From contig NC_068992.1 in assembly GCF_001194135.2 (NCBI RefSeq), positions 15,388,850 through 15,452,849 on the forward strand: a DNA stretch of 64,000 nucleotides, written 5' to 3'. Positions 23,750-38,088 of this stretch are shown here, in pieces. The notes under the pieces are model-generated. The model worked only from the letters and a program-made list of their open reading frames with translations, searched no databases and was not told the origin of the DNA. Source of the stretch: Octopus bimaculoides (lineage: Eukaryota). Position 1 is the stretch's first letter, and each line of letters opens with the position of its first letter. A program made the position numbers and the translations under genes.

Positions 23750-24453
23750 GTACAGAGAGAGAGATTACATGGAAGTTGAAACAGATAGCTAGCAGGCAAA
23801 GGGTGGATTTCTAATGCCAATATTTATATATAGCGAAATAACAATTTCCAAATGCTGGTTGAATAAACATCGAAAATCTGAATGCATCGTGGAATGATTA
23901 CTATGCAAGAGATTACCTTTCTCTAAAAACAATATTTATAAAAACTGTGCCCTGCTAAGGTAAAGAATCCTGCCTTTTTGGGTTTTTTTCTCTTTTTCTT
24001 TTTCTAAGCTGTTTTTTTTTTTTCTTTTTAGGTTTCTGTGACATTTCATAATTTAATCCTTAAAATTGTACTTCGCTGAATTCATGCTCAATAAATAACC
24101 TTACCAACACAGGTATACACACGAGCACAGACACAACGATATGTACTCACAATTTCTTGTATGTGTGTTCCCTGGTCGTCAATCGACGAATCCTTTCCGA
24201 AAAGCTCTCTTCTCAAATCTCATGATATTATCTGAGTGAAAGGTGAAGACAACGATCTTCAAAAATCGAGCAAGAAACGCCATACAGAAACGCCATCATT
24301 TCTTCATCAGAGCCTCGCGAGTTATTCATATCTTGTTTTGTAACTTTTTGCATTCGTAAATGACGAATAAATAGCTAGTCAAAGGAACTCTGCTGCAGAC
24401 CTCGAATCATTTCATTTATAAATGTATATGCAACAGCTCAAAAAAGTTTTAAA

Positions 24454-24516
<63 letters not shown>

Positions 24517-24526
24517 CAACAACAAC

Positions 24527-24690
24527 ATCGATAAAATACCTTAGGAATGAGAACCCAGGTTCGAAATTTCCCGAAGACACCGGATGAAGGCTGGAGGGTA
24601 TATCAATAGAAACGTTGTGTTAACAACAAACAAGATGAGGACAAATATCCGTCAAATGTAAATAATGTACATAATTCCTAATCTCTTAAA
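24527..24690 (+). mobile_element. Penelope-type terminal repeat fragment with decayed minimal hammerhead
   Basis: GACAC-CGGATGA-A-GGCTG...GAAAC-GTT-GTGTT at 24576-24621; follows an (AAT)n array at about 24457-24520. Confidence 0.55.
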
Positions 24691-25099
24691 TATAGAAGTA
24701 TAATATCTGAGAAAATAATTGGTGGAAATATAGTAAAGTACTTTTGTCACCACTAAACTTGATTTAAGTTTATCGGGGCAAAACAACAATATCAACATGC
24801 TTTTCTAAAAGTCTACATTTTACTGCTAACTACTCTCCTATTCGCCCACCAACTAAAACTGTACTGCGTAACTTTTGATGAGTTCCAGATGAGATATGTA
24901 AAGACTATGTGGAGGTAAGCATTAGTCGTATTCATCTAATTTAGTAGGAACGAGATGCCACCCAGGGCGATATCTGAATAGGATTTCCACGTTGGATTAC
25001 TTTAAGAATGATGATATCAAAAATTTCAGTTAATGATTGAATACATTTTGACACAAAAATACACTGCACATCGCAATTTCTATATATGTGCGCGTGTGT

Positions 25100-25352
25100 A
25101 TATACGTATGTATGTATGTCATTATTCAGTTTATATGTATGTATGTATGTATGCATGCATGCATGTATGTATGTATGTATATATGTCATTATTCAGTTTG
25201 TATGTATGTATGTATGCATGCATGCGTGTATGTCATTCAGTTTATTTCAATATTTCTTGCCAATAGAGAAAGAACCGGTTTCTAACCTAGAACCAAGGCT
25301 CCTTCATTGGAATTTCAACATCAATAACAGGCTATATATATATATATATATG

Positions 25353-25384
<32 letters not shown>

Positions 25385-25470
25385 TGTATGTCATTATTCA
25401 GCTTATTTCAAGATTTCTTGCCAATAAAGAAAGAGCCGGTCTTTAACCTAGATCCAAAGCTCCTTCATGT
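25100..25470 (-). repeat. Two tandem copies of a short element with (CATA)n tails plus tail-only copies
   Basis: gtcattattcag...tttcttgccaata(g/a)agaaaga(a/g)ccggt...aacctaga..ccaa.gctccttcat occurs twice; the gtcatt(att)cag motif occurs four times, each after (TATG)n. Confidence 0.75.
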
Positions 25471-25499
25471 ATGTATGTATGTATGTATATTCCTTTTAT

Positions 25500-26097
25500 T
25501 CTTTTATTTGTTTTGGTTATTTCACTGCAGCCATGCTGGAGCACTGCTTTTAGTCGAACAAATCTACCCCTGGACTTATATTTTGTATGCCTAGTACTTA
25601 ATCTATTGTCAAGCGATGGTGGGGAGACACACAAATATATACATATATATTACGTCAAATGTAAACATAAGTTTGTCTTTGAAGCGATGAAATGCATTAT
25701 AGTACAAGTAGAAAGATATATTTTTCAACGTGTAAGTACTAATAGAACAGCATATGTAGGATAAAATGCTTACAGAGTAGAAAAATCTGGTTGCTAACAG
25801 ATTTTTCTGCTCTGTAAGGATTTTATCCTATATATGCTGTTCTGTCAGTTCTTATGCGTTGAAAAATATATCTTTCTACTTGCACTTATATATATATATG
25901 TATATATATATGTACATATATATATATATATATATATACGACGGGCTTCTTTCAGTTTGCCTCTAGCAAATCCACTCACAAAGCTTTGGTCGGTCCGAGG
26001 GTATAATAGAAGACACCTGCCCAAGGTGCCACGCTGTGGGACTGAACCCGGAACCATGTGGTTGGAAAGCAAGCTTCTTATCACAGTCACACTTGCG
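25500..26097 (-). mobile_element. CORE-like composite SINE: 3' module 25500-25640 and head 25935-26097
   Basis: Head copy gacgggcttctttcagtttg...gcccaaggtgccacgctgtgggactgaacccggaaccatgtggttgg is well preserved; the modules are separated by about 300 bp of unrelated and microsatellite sequence. Confidence 0.85.
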
Positions 26098-28329
26098 CTT
26101 ATGTATATATGTATACACACACATACACACACACACACACAGTATAATACAAGTCTCGAATTTATGGTATTCTTTTCATTTCTGTGGCTACAATTGTTTC
26201 AATACATCATGGGAAAAGTATTTCATGAACATTAACATTAATATTAATAATAATCTTTTAAGCTATATACACGAGGTTATTCTACCACTCGTTGGCCTCG
26301 GCCGGCTTAGCGTTCACGGCATCTACGCTCGCTACGATGCCCTCCTACTTCATTGGATTTCGGATAGTCGCCAGACTGGCGAAGATATCAAAAGTCAATA
26401 TGGGTCACACGTTCAGGAATGTAGGAGCGACATGGCCTCAATATAAAGATCCTGAAAATGCTCAATGCCATTCCCTGTAAATCTGGTTTTATAATAGAGT
26501 GACATTCTCCTAGAGAGGTGCTTTAACCCAATTTCTAAGGGCTCGTGCTGCTGATTCATAATGGCTGAATATATATGCAAATATACACTATATGCAAATG
26601 AGGTAGAGGAAAACTGCATGCAAACCCATCGAAAGCATTGAAGCTGTTACTTCAAGGTCAAAATTTGTAACAGGGAGTCACCCTGATTGTGCGTGAGAAT
26701 TGCATTAAGGGTACACGTGTGTCTGGAATACTCTGCCACTAATATGGCATTTCATAGAACATAGCGGTTCTGTTGTTCAAACAGCGAAACATTTCGTCTG
26801 TGGCTGGTGATTCTGACCAATATTTGTGTGCATGTGTGATTGTGTACGTACGTATGCATATGTATGTATATATAAGCGCGTGTATATGTATACACACACA
26901 CACACACACACATATATATATTTATTTATATATATATATATATATATACATATATATGTGTGTGTGTGTGTATATATATATGTATATATATCTGTGTGTG
27001 TGTATATATATATGCATGAACATATGTTTGTATATGTACGCGTGTCTGTGTGTCTGCCTGTATACACACACACACACACACACATATATACATGCACACA
27101 CACATATCACCTTCACATTGATTGTCTCCCTTCTCTTTCCTCTCTTGTCTCCGTTCTCAATCATTCCTCAGATTGTTATTGTTCTTGCTTCCTGTCGTCT
27201 CTGAAAACCAATATTATACTCCATTCACCGTTCACTCAGAAAGTTCCTACTCCTGCTACTCCTACTCCTGCTACCCCAGTTGCAGCCTTGCGGCAGCAGT
27301 GGCGGTGGTGATGGTTGCACAAAACACGCAGTCACACACACACACACACACACTCACCTAACATACAACACCCACACATGTTTTCTCTCGAAGACGTTGA
27401 AATGTTAAAAAAAAAACGGGAAGGAAATAAAACCAATAAAGAACTAAAATACAAATACACACACACACATATATATATATATATACACACACAGACACAC
27501 ACATATATATACACTACATCCGTACCACTTATCTNNNNNNNNNNNNNNNNNNNNNNNNNNNNNNNNNNNNNNNNNNNNNNNNNNNNNNNNNNNNNNNNNN
27601 NNNNNNNNNNNNNNNNNNNNNNNNNNNNNNNNNNNNNNNNNNNNNNNNNNNNNNNNNNNNNNNNNNNNNNNNNNNNNNNNNNNNNNNNNNNNNNNNNNNN
27701 NNNNNNNNNNNNNNNNNNNNNNNNNNNNNNNNNNNNNNNNNNNNNNNNNNNNNNNNNNNNNNNNNNNNNNNNNNNNNNNNNNNNNNNNNNNNNNNNNNNN
27801 NNNNNNNNNNNNNNNNNNNNNNNNNNNNNNNNNNNNNNNNNNNNNNNNNNNNNNNNNNNNNNNNNNNNNNNNNNNNNNNNNNNNNNNNNNNNNNNNNNNN
27901 NNNNNNNNATATATATATATATATATATCTTGAGGCCGTAATTAAATTTCATGTTGGTCTTTTATTTACTAGCCAATGAAATAACACAGCATATGTATGA
28001 TCTTTGTGGCTGTTGGTTTTATTTTTCATTTTTTAATTCTGGGTGTATTTTGTTGTTCCGCTTTCGACTTTTCTTTATTTCTAAAAAAAAAAAAAAAAAA
28101 ATGTTTCCGAATCGTAATAGGGTGATTCCATATCACATTTATTAGTAAGGATCATCACTTTTGACTTCGATTTCATAAAATGAATTCAAACTTGGTCATG
28201 TCTATTGACCGCCGACTTACTTTTATAACTTACAATTGAAGTGTGACGAAACGAAATATTGAGAGAACGATTAGACACTCTGTAATGATACCATATTAAC
28301 CTATGATCGTTTCTAAAATTCTTTCTAAT

Positions 28330-28540
28330 ATAGGCACAAGACTTGAAACTTTGAGTATAGGAGCTAGTCGAATATATCGACCCCAGTGATCAAATGGTAC
28401 TTATTTTATTGACCCCAAAAGACAAAGTCGACCGACCTCGGCAGCATTTAAATGTAAAATATTAAATATAAAGACGAGCAAAATGCCACTGAGCACTTTG
28501 TCCAGCGAGCGAATGATTATGCCAGTTCGTCACCATTCGT
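28330..28540 (-). mobile_element. Nin/Deu-domain SINE
   Basis: aggcacaagac...atcgaccccagt...ggtacttattttattgacccc...gccagttcg. Confidence 0.8.
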
Positions 28541-29839
28541 CGGTACAAAACTACTTGATATTTATGAACCAATTCGTCATCCTATACGTGATCACTTAAT
28601 CTGTTAAGAGCGGTTTCAAATATATATTGCATCGACTATACATGTTACTCGTAACAACCAGGGAATTTGCCGTTCATCGATCGGTCTGCATAACATATCA
28701 ACCAACTAGCCTTGAAAACACATTCTACAAAGCTAGTTTGGACAATGTAGTCTTTGGACATACAGTTAGATTGGATGGTCATATCTTCAGTCCAAGGCCT
28801 CCTCGTAAAGTGATGACATGGTTGTAAACAACAACAACCACAACAATAATGTGTATCATTGATTCTATGCCATTTTCGTGTTGAGAGGCCTCTCCTGCAA
28901 AATATATTGTGTCTCATAATGTCTTTGACAATAAAATATAATATCAATCTGCTTATCTATTATTTTTTTTTTAAATCCTGAATCTGAAAATATCTTCGTG
29001 ATGACTGACCTGCTTACACGAGATTGTGTTTATCTGGCTGTTGATATTGGGTTTCTATGGCGGACACCATTTTAATATGATTACCACAAGGATAGATACT
29101 GCTCTAAGAATAGCCACAACTCGTGTCCTAAACAATTTGGTAACAATGGGTAATACAGTGTAGTTTGTGTGCAGCGATAATAGATATATAATAGCAGATA
29201 TTCTATAAAAATACGGTTCGAGATAGATCTATTTACATTGAATAATAAAGAATACAAGATCTGTAAGATAATCACCAGAGCACTGATGTAGTTGATACTG
29301 ATTCGTTAATATAATACCTTCGTAGAGAGTTGACCGCTATGCAGTATCAGTTTCCATTGGTCTGTACATATGAAACCGTGTTTATAAATTAGAGATCATT
29401 CTAAACCCGCAAAGTGATAAACATATTGATAGATTGACTGATGAACAGATTGCTGATTAACTGTAAATTTAAACAGAGTTACAAATACACCGACGCACGA
29501 ACAGGTATAATCTGGTTGGCTTCCAAACCCGAAGCTTTCTATTAACTGGTATCCCTTATGTTAACCTGTATCCCATACGATAACAGAATCTTTCCGAAGA
29601 GATACGTATTTAGATTATAAACAGTTTTCTTTATTGTTTTGTTGGTATCACACTATCTTTGTAGTTTTAGTTGAATACTTTGTTGGAGGAAGTCCATTTT
29701 TTGGAAGGTTATTAAAACTTACATGAGACTGTTTGAGCACTCTAGTCTATGTAGCTAAATTAAAAATAACCTCGTGTTTCGATTAGGACCGCTACACTTC
29801 CACAGGTAACTTTTCTAAAAGACTTATTCAGCTAATTCA

Positions 29840-30040
29840 ATTGTTAGTGTCATCATTACATTAATCGAACAGAGCGGAGTGAACGATGTGATCGCTGAGT
29901 ATCGACAGCGCAAGTTCCACTGAGCTAGAAATGTTGCAAGATTTACAAATAACTGGTGGACCTGTGCAATTAATGAGTCCAAAAAATCGGAAAAGGCAAC
30001 TTGGAGGGCGTCCACGACGACGGGAAGATTTAGTTAATCC
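29840..30040 (+). mobile_element. RTE-clade LINE 3' coding fragment, decayed
   Basis: Translation SGVNDVIAEYRQRKFH*ARNVARFTNNWWT then, after a frameshift, PKNRKRQLGGRPRRREDLV; resembles the RTE C-terminal pattern K..WAGHVAR...RW......KR..GRP..RW.D. Confidence 0.7.
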
Positions 30041-31240
30041 TTCATTGATACTTATTTACTCGTCCACAAAATTATAGAAAGCAATGGTAATCCCAGTGTG
30101 ATTATAAGGTGGTACCTTAATAGAGCAAATATATTTTACCGATTCACTTTTTTGATTCTATTAAGCACCATATTTTTTATCTGAATTATTGAGTTCTGTC
30201 TTTGAAGCAATGCTATGTATTGAGCAAGAATACGTAAAGGTGTTTAATAGATTTAAACAAACTGGACCAGAAGGCCAAAAACCAACCTCGATGGAAAGGA
30301 AATTAAATGCATGAAACAAGAGTAGAATTTAGACAATGTAGATGTTGAGCTAATGAAAATAAAATAAAATTAAAAAAATGGACGGGCTTCAAATCATTTA
30401 TAAAATAGTCATACATAAGTGATTATAAAATATATATCAATAAATTAAACGGGAAAACGGAAAATGAGGAACGCGAGAGTTCCTACTAATGCTTCAAAGA
30501 TTGGTAGATATCCTGAAAGCTCATACTGTAAAGTCACGGATAAAAGAAAGGAAAATCCGAGATGAATTTCCTGGCCCTAAAAATGGATTAAAAGTACCTC
30601 AGTAAATTAGTAATACTATTTTAAAGACCTCGTATGGTAGAAAGGTAAAAATTACACTAGCGAAAATAGGAAATTAACCTTATAACATAAAGGGCGAGAA
30701 TAACTAAATACTGCAATGGAATTGGGCCCGAGGCTCACTCGAGTTTGACATTTGCCACATTAAAATATTTCGAGTTTGACATTTATCTGATAAATGGTAT
30801 TTCTGGATATTCCATTTGAAACAGATAAAACTCAGACTATACTTTTAAACAATGAAACAGGATTACTTCCTACGTGGCATAAAAATAAAGACACACATAA
30901 ACTGCATTTTACTGTATGTTCACCTAATTAACTAATCATATCCGAGGGAAAAAAATTATTTAATCTAACTGTGAAGTAATTATGAGGTTGAAATCCCAAG
31001 TTAACAGAAGAACGTGTGTTTATGATGATTTTGATATTTTAAAAAAACTGGGACTGCTCATTATTTCAGAACGTAAGTGGATTCGTTTACAAGATTTAAT
31101 GTAGGCAGTGTCGCTTTTGCTTTCCTTCGTGTGTGTGTGTGTGTGTGTGTTTGTGTGACTATATATACACACACACACACACACATATATATCTTTCTCA
31201 CTTGCTCACTCATACACACAACCGCTGTCTAATTATCTGT

Positions 31241-31276
<36 letters not shown>

Positions 31277-32119
31277 NNNNNNNNNNNNNNNNTATATGTA
31301 TATATATATATATATACATTTATATATATAAATATGTATATATATATATTTATATATATATATATATATATAAATATATATATGTAACTATATATATATA
31401 TTTATATATGTAACTATATCCACATGTACTTATACATATATGCGTGTGAATGTATATGTATATATACATATGTGTGTATATGTGTATATATATATGTGTG
31501 CGTCAGCGTACATAGTTATACGTTTTTAATCATTTAATCTCTTATGAACGTTAGTCTTTAGACTCAGCCATACTGGGGCATCTGTCTACTTTATTTTCTT
31601 TCATCTTAACTTCCATTCTCTCTCTCTCTCTCTCTCCTTCTTTCTCTCCCCTCTCTCTCTCCCTATCAATCCATCTATGTATCTCTCTTATATCGAGAAA
31701 TTCGTTAGTAATGTTAGGTCACATAATACAGGGATTTTCAAACTGACAGAAAATATTATCCACCATTAAAACCAGCGGCACCACCAGCCTCATCATTTCC
31801 ATCACCACCATCATCGCCATCACAACCGCCACCACCTCCACCACTGCTAACATATTGTAAAGTCTAAGAAACTAATGAAACATTCCTTACATTTTACCAT
31901 TTCTAACCTTGCTTAAGGGCCATATTGTTCTTTACTCGGCATTACCTAATCGTGATAAATAAACCAAAACAACGAGAGATCCTTCACCCGGGAGTTCTCC
32001 ATAGTTCGATTGAGGAAAATATGTGTTTTTGTCGCTTCTAGAAAACTGACCAATCATATAAAAGTTTCTTTGCTCACATGATATGAAGGAGAACGACATT
32101 GGTTCCAAATTTTCAAACA

Positions 32120-32320
32120 AGGCCAACAATTTCTGGGTTGTAGACTAAGTCGATTGCATCGATCCAAGTACGGCTCAGCTACTACATATTTTATAGGTTC
32201 CGAAATTATGAAAGGCAAAGTCACGCTTAGCGGTATTTGAACTCAGAACATAAAGACGGACGAAATGCCATTAAGCATTTTGTCCGACGTGCTAATGATT
32301 CTGCCAGCTCACCGCCTTAC
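32120..32320 (-). mobile_element. Nin/Deu-domain SINE
   Basis: aaggccaac...aagtcgattgcatcg...atgaaaggcaaagtc...atttgaactcagaac...gccagctcaccgcctt. Confidence 0.8.
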
Positions 32321-35300
32321 CGAAGCTATAGATATCGACATTTGACCAGGATGCCACGCAGTGGAATCGAAAGCTCGAACATAGGAGTGAGCTTTTCAAC
32401 CATTCGGCCATATTGCGTCTATGAATCTTACGTTTAAGATTCGAAAAGATTTTTTAAAAACAATAAAAATAGCAATATATAAGATTCGTTGAATGATTTC
32501 TTTTATTTACTGAGAATAAAACGTGAAACATGATCGAAAAGATGTCATACAAAATGCGTAGCTATATTGAGTTACGCTCCTTCATTTTCAGAATTAAAAT
32601 CCCTTTGCGGTTGTCTTTGTCTTCGATATTTCATTGAGTGATTCAATTCAAAAGATGCCAACCGAGAAATGTATTTATATCAACAAACATCTTTTCTCGA
32701 ATGTGTGACCTGTCAAAGCTTGTCATTCTAGCTGTCAGAAATATGTGTCCCTGATTAGTCCATTGGAAAACTGTAACCAACGATATCGTTGCTTGAATAT
32801 TTTGATATTATCATTAAGTACTTCACTCCCAATGGACCATACACAATCGACGAATTCTCTCCATTCTTCTGGATTCTAAGTTGTCATTTTCTCTTCCAAT
32901 GTTTGTTTGTTTTGCATTGTCATTGATGCTTCTATAGCATTGTGGTTTTTTTTTTTCTATGTGGGAGTTTTGACTCTTTGCAAACCCTTTTTAACTCGGG
33001 AACGAGATGGTCCATATTAGTCTGGTTTCTACCCTGTGATATATCCTATATGGGAGGCCTTACGAGGTTCTTGCGGTCTGCTGGGATTGCCCTTAGAGTT
33101 ATTGTGACTTCCAAGCCACTTCACTGCAACAAGGAGTGTATCTTGTTAGGGAACATTATGATATAAAATGAATAAAAATATTCATTAAAGCAGAAGTAAA
33201 TGTGAGTGATCAGGTTGCTAAGTGAGTCTAATTAACATTGTTTGGTCGTGCAATTGGTTCTCGGATTAGTTTCCGAGTTGTGTCAATGAGAAAGACAGTT
33301 TATTTCACGTTGATCTAGTACATTCAATTGAAAATGAGTACCATTGGAAAATGAGGATCTACACTATGTTGGACTGATATCCTGTTAAAGGGAAATGGGT
33401 CTTTTACTTGCAAATTTGGAGATCCGAAAATCCTATCTCATATGGCTAAAGGTGTGAGCCATTAAAATAAAACGATCAAGCTATACTAGATGTGTAACTG
33501 TAATTCCTACAGGTCACAAGGAGAACGAAATACCAGGTATAAGAAAAAGGGAAACCTCTAGCATTCGGCATCACTGGACCGGAAGATACACAGTCAGAAG
33601 GCGCCGGCATCGTGATGGTTATCATCGGAATCGGATGAAAGGAATATCATACATTGCAAGCCGTAAGCAAAATATTGAATATAAATATATATANNNNNNN
33701 NNNNNNNNNNNNNNNNNNNNNNNNNNNNNNNNNNNNNNNNNNNNNNNNNNNNNNNNNNNNNNNNNNNNNNNNNNNNNNNNNNNNNNNNNNNNNNNNNNNN
33801 NNNNNNNNNNNNNNNNNNNNNNNNNNNNNNNNNNNNNNNNNNNNNNNNNNNNNNNNNNNNNNNNNNNNNNNNNNNNNNNNNNNNNNNNNNNNNNNNNNNN
33901 NNNNNNNNNNNNNNNNNNNNNNNNNNNNNNNNNNNNNNNNNNNNNNNNNNNNNNNNNNNNNNNNNNNNNNNNNNNNNNNNNNNNNNNNNNNNNNNNNNNN
34001 NNNNNNNNNNNNNNNNNNNNNNNNNNNNNNNNNNNNNNNNNNNNNNNNNNNNNNNNNNNNNNNNNNNNNNNNNNNNNNNNNNNNNNNNNNNNNNNNNNNN
34101 NNNNNNNNNNNNNNNNNNNNNNNNNNNNNNNNNNNNNNNNNNNNNNNNNNNNNNNNNNNNNNNNNNNNNNNNNNNNNNNNNNNNNNNNNNNNNNNNNNNN
34201 NNNNNNAGGAATAGCAGTAATTATAACAACAACACCAACAATAATAATAATGATTATAATAATAATGCATATATACGTATGCACATATATGTATATATAT
34301 ATATACACACATGTATGTGTGTACACACACACACACATATATATATGTATGTGTGCGTACACATACATACACACGTACATGCATAAATTCACAGGTACGT
34401 ACATGCATATATTCATAGGTACGTACATGCATATATTCATACACACATATGCATACATATATTCAGACAAACGTCCATAATACATACATACATACATACA
34501 TACATACGCGCATGCATACATACATATATATATAATCTGCTTTGTACATGCTTCAATTTGCGTTCTTTAGAATTTTACTGTTTATTCTGGCACATCTGCT
34601 ACATTAAGATGCCAGATGCTGCGATATTGGCGAAACTAAAATGTCATGAATCACAGCATATATTAAGCAGGTTCTTTCACGCGATAAAAGAAAATACAGC
34701 GATGATATCCGCTAAAAGCGACAATCGAATAAAGAATCAGAAGAATATGAAAGATAGGTGCCAAAATGTATCTTTGAATATTTTTATTTCTATTCTAGAT
34801 TTTTCTTTCTTTTTTTTTTTCTTTTTTTTGTTTTTGTTTGTTATTGTTTCCGTTAGAGATAGTGACTTTTTCTGTTCTGAAGTTCTAGGAGGATGATTTT
34901 TATAAAGCATGTAAATAGAGATAAAAAAAAAAAGGACCAAACCTGAAAATATGAAATAGACGTTTTCAAACGAATATACTTGTGGCATGATGCACAGATA
35001 CACTCGTACACACTCACATACGATCTCACATATGGACACGTGTATCGTGTATTTGATGGCATAAAATGCGCACGTTCATATCAGACGCTGTCCAATTTCA
35101 GCAGGGCATGTTCAGGAAAAAAAACATGTCTATAGTAGCCATTAAAGACGGAAACAGCCATAGAGATGAATATTAATTTGTACATCCACCTTTACTTGGA
35201 TGTGCTGTTAAGAACGCCGATGTCTACAGTAATTGTCCGATGTAATTATCTCGTGTAGACGTTTGGTGCTTAAAGGCACAGACTATATTGGTTGATGAAA

Positions 35301-36040
35301 TCTCGTTAGCATCTCCAGATGGGTTTGTTGTATCACATGATTTCAGCGTGAATTGTGCATCATAAGTAGCAGGTATCGAAGCTTCGAATGTCCTATCGAA
35401 AATTTATGAGACCGATATCATAAAATGCTTTGAGTGCACGTTGCTGATGATATGCAATTTATCATGTGATACAGCTATCCTACCCGTGGGCGTTGACGAA
35501 ATTTCGTTCGCTGATATAATCTGTGCTGTTTTAGTACTTAACGTCTATACGAAATTATTTCTACGGACGATTACCGCAGTTTACGGCGTCCTTAACCACA
35601 CATCTTTGTTAAGTTGGATGTCAAAATGAATATTCGTAACAAAGACTGATTTCATCGCTAACTACTAACTGAATATTCAACGCTGAAAAGAGAAATAAAA
35701 CAGCGTTTCAACTCTGTGTGAGTGTATGTGTGCGTGTAAAGGGAAGTATGTGAATGTTTGTATCCGGGATGATTATGTACCTTATTAATATATAACATAC
35801 TACAATCAGCCTTCATTTTTAACGGCACGACGCCAGCTAGTAGCTAAGAAATTCGGTTGTCTGACATGAAATCCAGGGATCGTACCTGCTATGTGGCATT
35901 TTGCATAAATGTCATTTTCTACACACTTCTGACAACCCATAACTTATGCGAGCGATAACGGGTAGACGATAATTCTACAGAAGCGCGCCAGGTAGATTTT
36001 ACCTGTAATTCAAATATATATGTATGTATACACACACACA

Positions 36041-36078
<38 letters not shown>

Positions 36079-36515
36079 NNNNNNNNNNNNNNNNNNNNNN
36101 NNNNNNNNNNNNNNNNNNNNNNNNNNNNNNNNNNNNNNNNNNNNNNNNNNNNNNNNNNNNNNNNNNNNNNNNNNNNNNNNNNNNNNNNNNNNNNNNNNNN
36201 NNNNNNNNNNNNNNNNNNNNNNNNNNNNNNNNNNNNNNNNNNNNNNNNNNNNNNNNNNNNNNNNNNNNNNNNNNNNNNNNNNNNNNNNNNNNNNNNNNNN
36301 NNNNNNNNNNNNNNNNNNNNNNNNNNNNNNNNNNNNNNNNNNNNNNNNNNNNNNNNNNNNNNNNNNNNNNNNNNNNNNNNNNNNNNNNNNNNNNNNNNNN
36401 NNNNNNNNNNNNNNNNNNNNNNNNNNNNNNNNNNNNNNNNNNNNNNNNNNNNNNNNNNNNNNNNNNNNNNNNNNNNNNNNNNNNNNNNNNNNNNNNNNNN
36501 NNNNNNNTATATATA

Positions 36516-36551
<36 letters not shown>

Positions 36552-37635
36552 TGTATGTATGTATGTATGATTAACCGTTCAGCCTGATAAAATGAAAGAG
36601 CTGCTTGCGTACAGGCACTACTACTCACACGGAGGGAATACATGCTCACAGACATACGGAGGTATACATACATATATTTATAAAGCTGCGTGTGTATGTG
36701 CTCATATTTGCGTCTATGTATGTATGAGAGAGAGAGAGAGAGTGAGAGAGTGAGACAGAGAGAGAGAGAGAAAGAGAGATAGAAAGAGAGAGACAAAGAG
36801 AGAGAGAAAGGAACGGAAAAAATCTGCGTTTATTTTTGGCAAGCTTTCCAAATATTTTGCACAATTTGCAAAACTCTTGCGCACCTTTGCAAAATGTCAT
36901 CGCTGAATCAGCAACATTAAGTTTTCTTCAAGATATATATTTATAAAATGTTTTACGTGCTGGGCATCGAAAGTAAATACACATTCCCTCATTCCAAAAA
37001 TACAGGAACTAATTTTATTGGAACACACATACACACACGCACGCACACACGCACATTCCTATATCCATCTGTTTCTAGCTCATTGTAGTAGGTTGTTTGA
37101 CCTGGTAGAAATTGTACCCAAATATTCCTCACATCCAATTTTACAGTCTTAAACAGATATATTTCCATGGTTTATAACGTCAATTTCCCAACTGACTAGT
37201 TTCGGGCTTGACTCCTATTGCGTAGTACCTACAGATGGGACTGTTGTATCACATGATTTTAGCGTAAATTTCGCTTCATCAGCAGCAGACATCTAAGCTT
37301 CGAACATGCCAACAAAAATTGATGCAACCGACGTTTCGGATCAGTCAAAGCCTTCTAAACGGAATGTGGTTCACGCATACATTTTTGAAAGTACTTCAAG
37401 GCAAAACATGGCTGGTATTTGATGTGAGACTTGAACCGCCGCCTGGTTTAAACTTAGCTACAGGTCCTTGGGTGTTTTAATGGCGTCCACTCTGTTGTAA
37501 ACATTCGGAGCAGGTCAATACTTTCAGTATAATTCCCTCCATCAGTTACAAAATCACTTTAATGTGTCTCGGTTGTTTCTCTTTCGCTTCTATATAACAA
37601 ATCAACACATTTTAAAAACAAACTTTTTCATCTTT

Positions 37636-37878
37636 TATCTTTTACTTGTTTCAGTCATTGCACAGCAGACATGCTGGGTCACCATTTTGGAGCATTTTAA
37701 TCGAACAAATCGACCTCCAGTATATATCGTTTTTTCTTTGTTTTGTTTTTTTAATCTCGTTCTTTTTCTATCGGTCTCTTTTACTGTTACCGATTTGCTC
37801 GGACACGGGGACATAAAAAGGACGTAAACAAACCAACGCCCCTTTTCAAGTAGTATTTGGAACAAACGCAAATACACA

Positions 37879-37945
<67 letters not shown>

Positions 37946-38088
37946 GACGGACTTCCATAGTTTTCGTCTACAAATTTCACTCACAAGGCCCAGGTTTATA
38001 ACAAAAGATTTTTCCCTAGTTGCCACACAGTAGAACTGAACTCGAAACCATGTGTTTGCAAACAAAGCTTCTTAACCTCACAGCTATA
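37636..38088 (-). mobile_element. Full CORE-like composite SINE with internal (CT)n(CA)n
   Basis: 3' module 37636-37875, microsatellite 37880-37945, head 37946-38088. Confidence 0.8.

Noticed and set aside
24280-24312. CTGATGA on the minus strand followed by an AGAAA/TTTCT stem
   Set aside because: No GAAA after the stem and no stem I or III. The CTGANGA hits near 29448, 37280, 41335 and 58696 fail similarly.
30230-30420. Possible second RTE fragment (LDGKEIKC...)
   Set aside because: Very decayed and out of order relative to the 29840 fragment; similarity too weak.
32560-32900. Protein-like string PEEWREFVDCVWSIGSEVLNDNIKIFKQRYRWLQF on minus
   Set aside because: Interrupted by stops, other frames look equally plausible, and no family motif was recognised.
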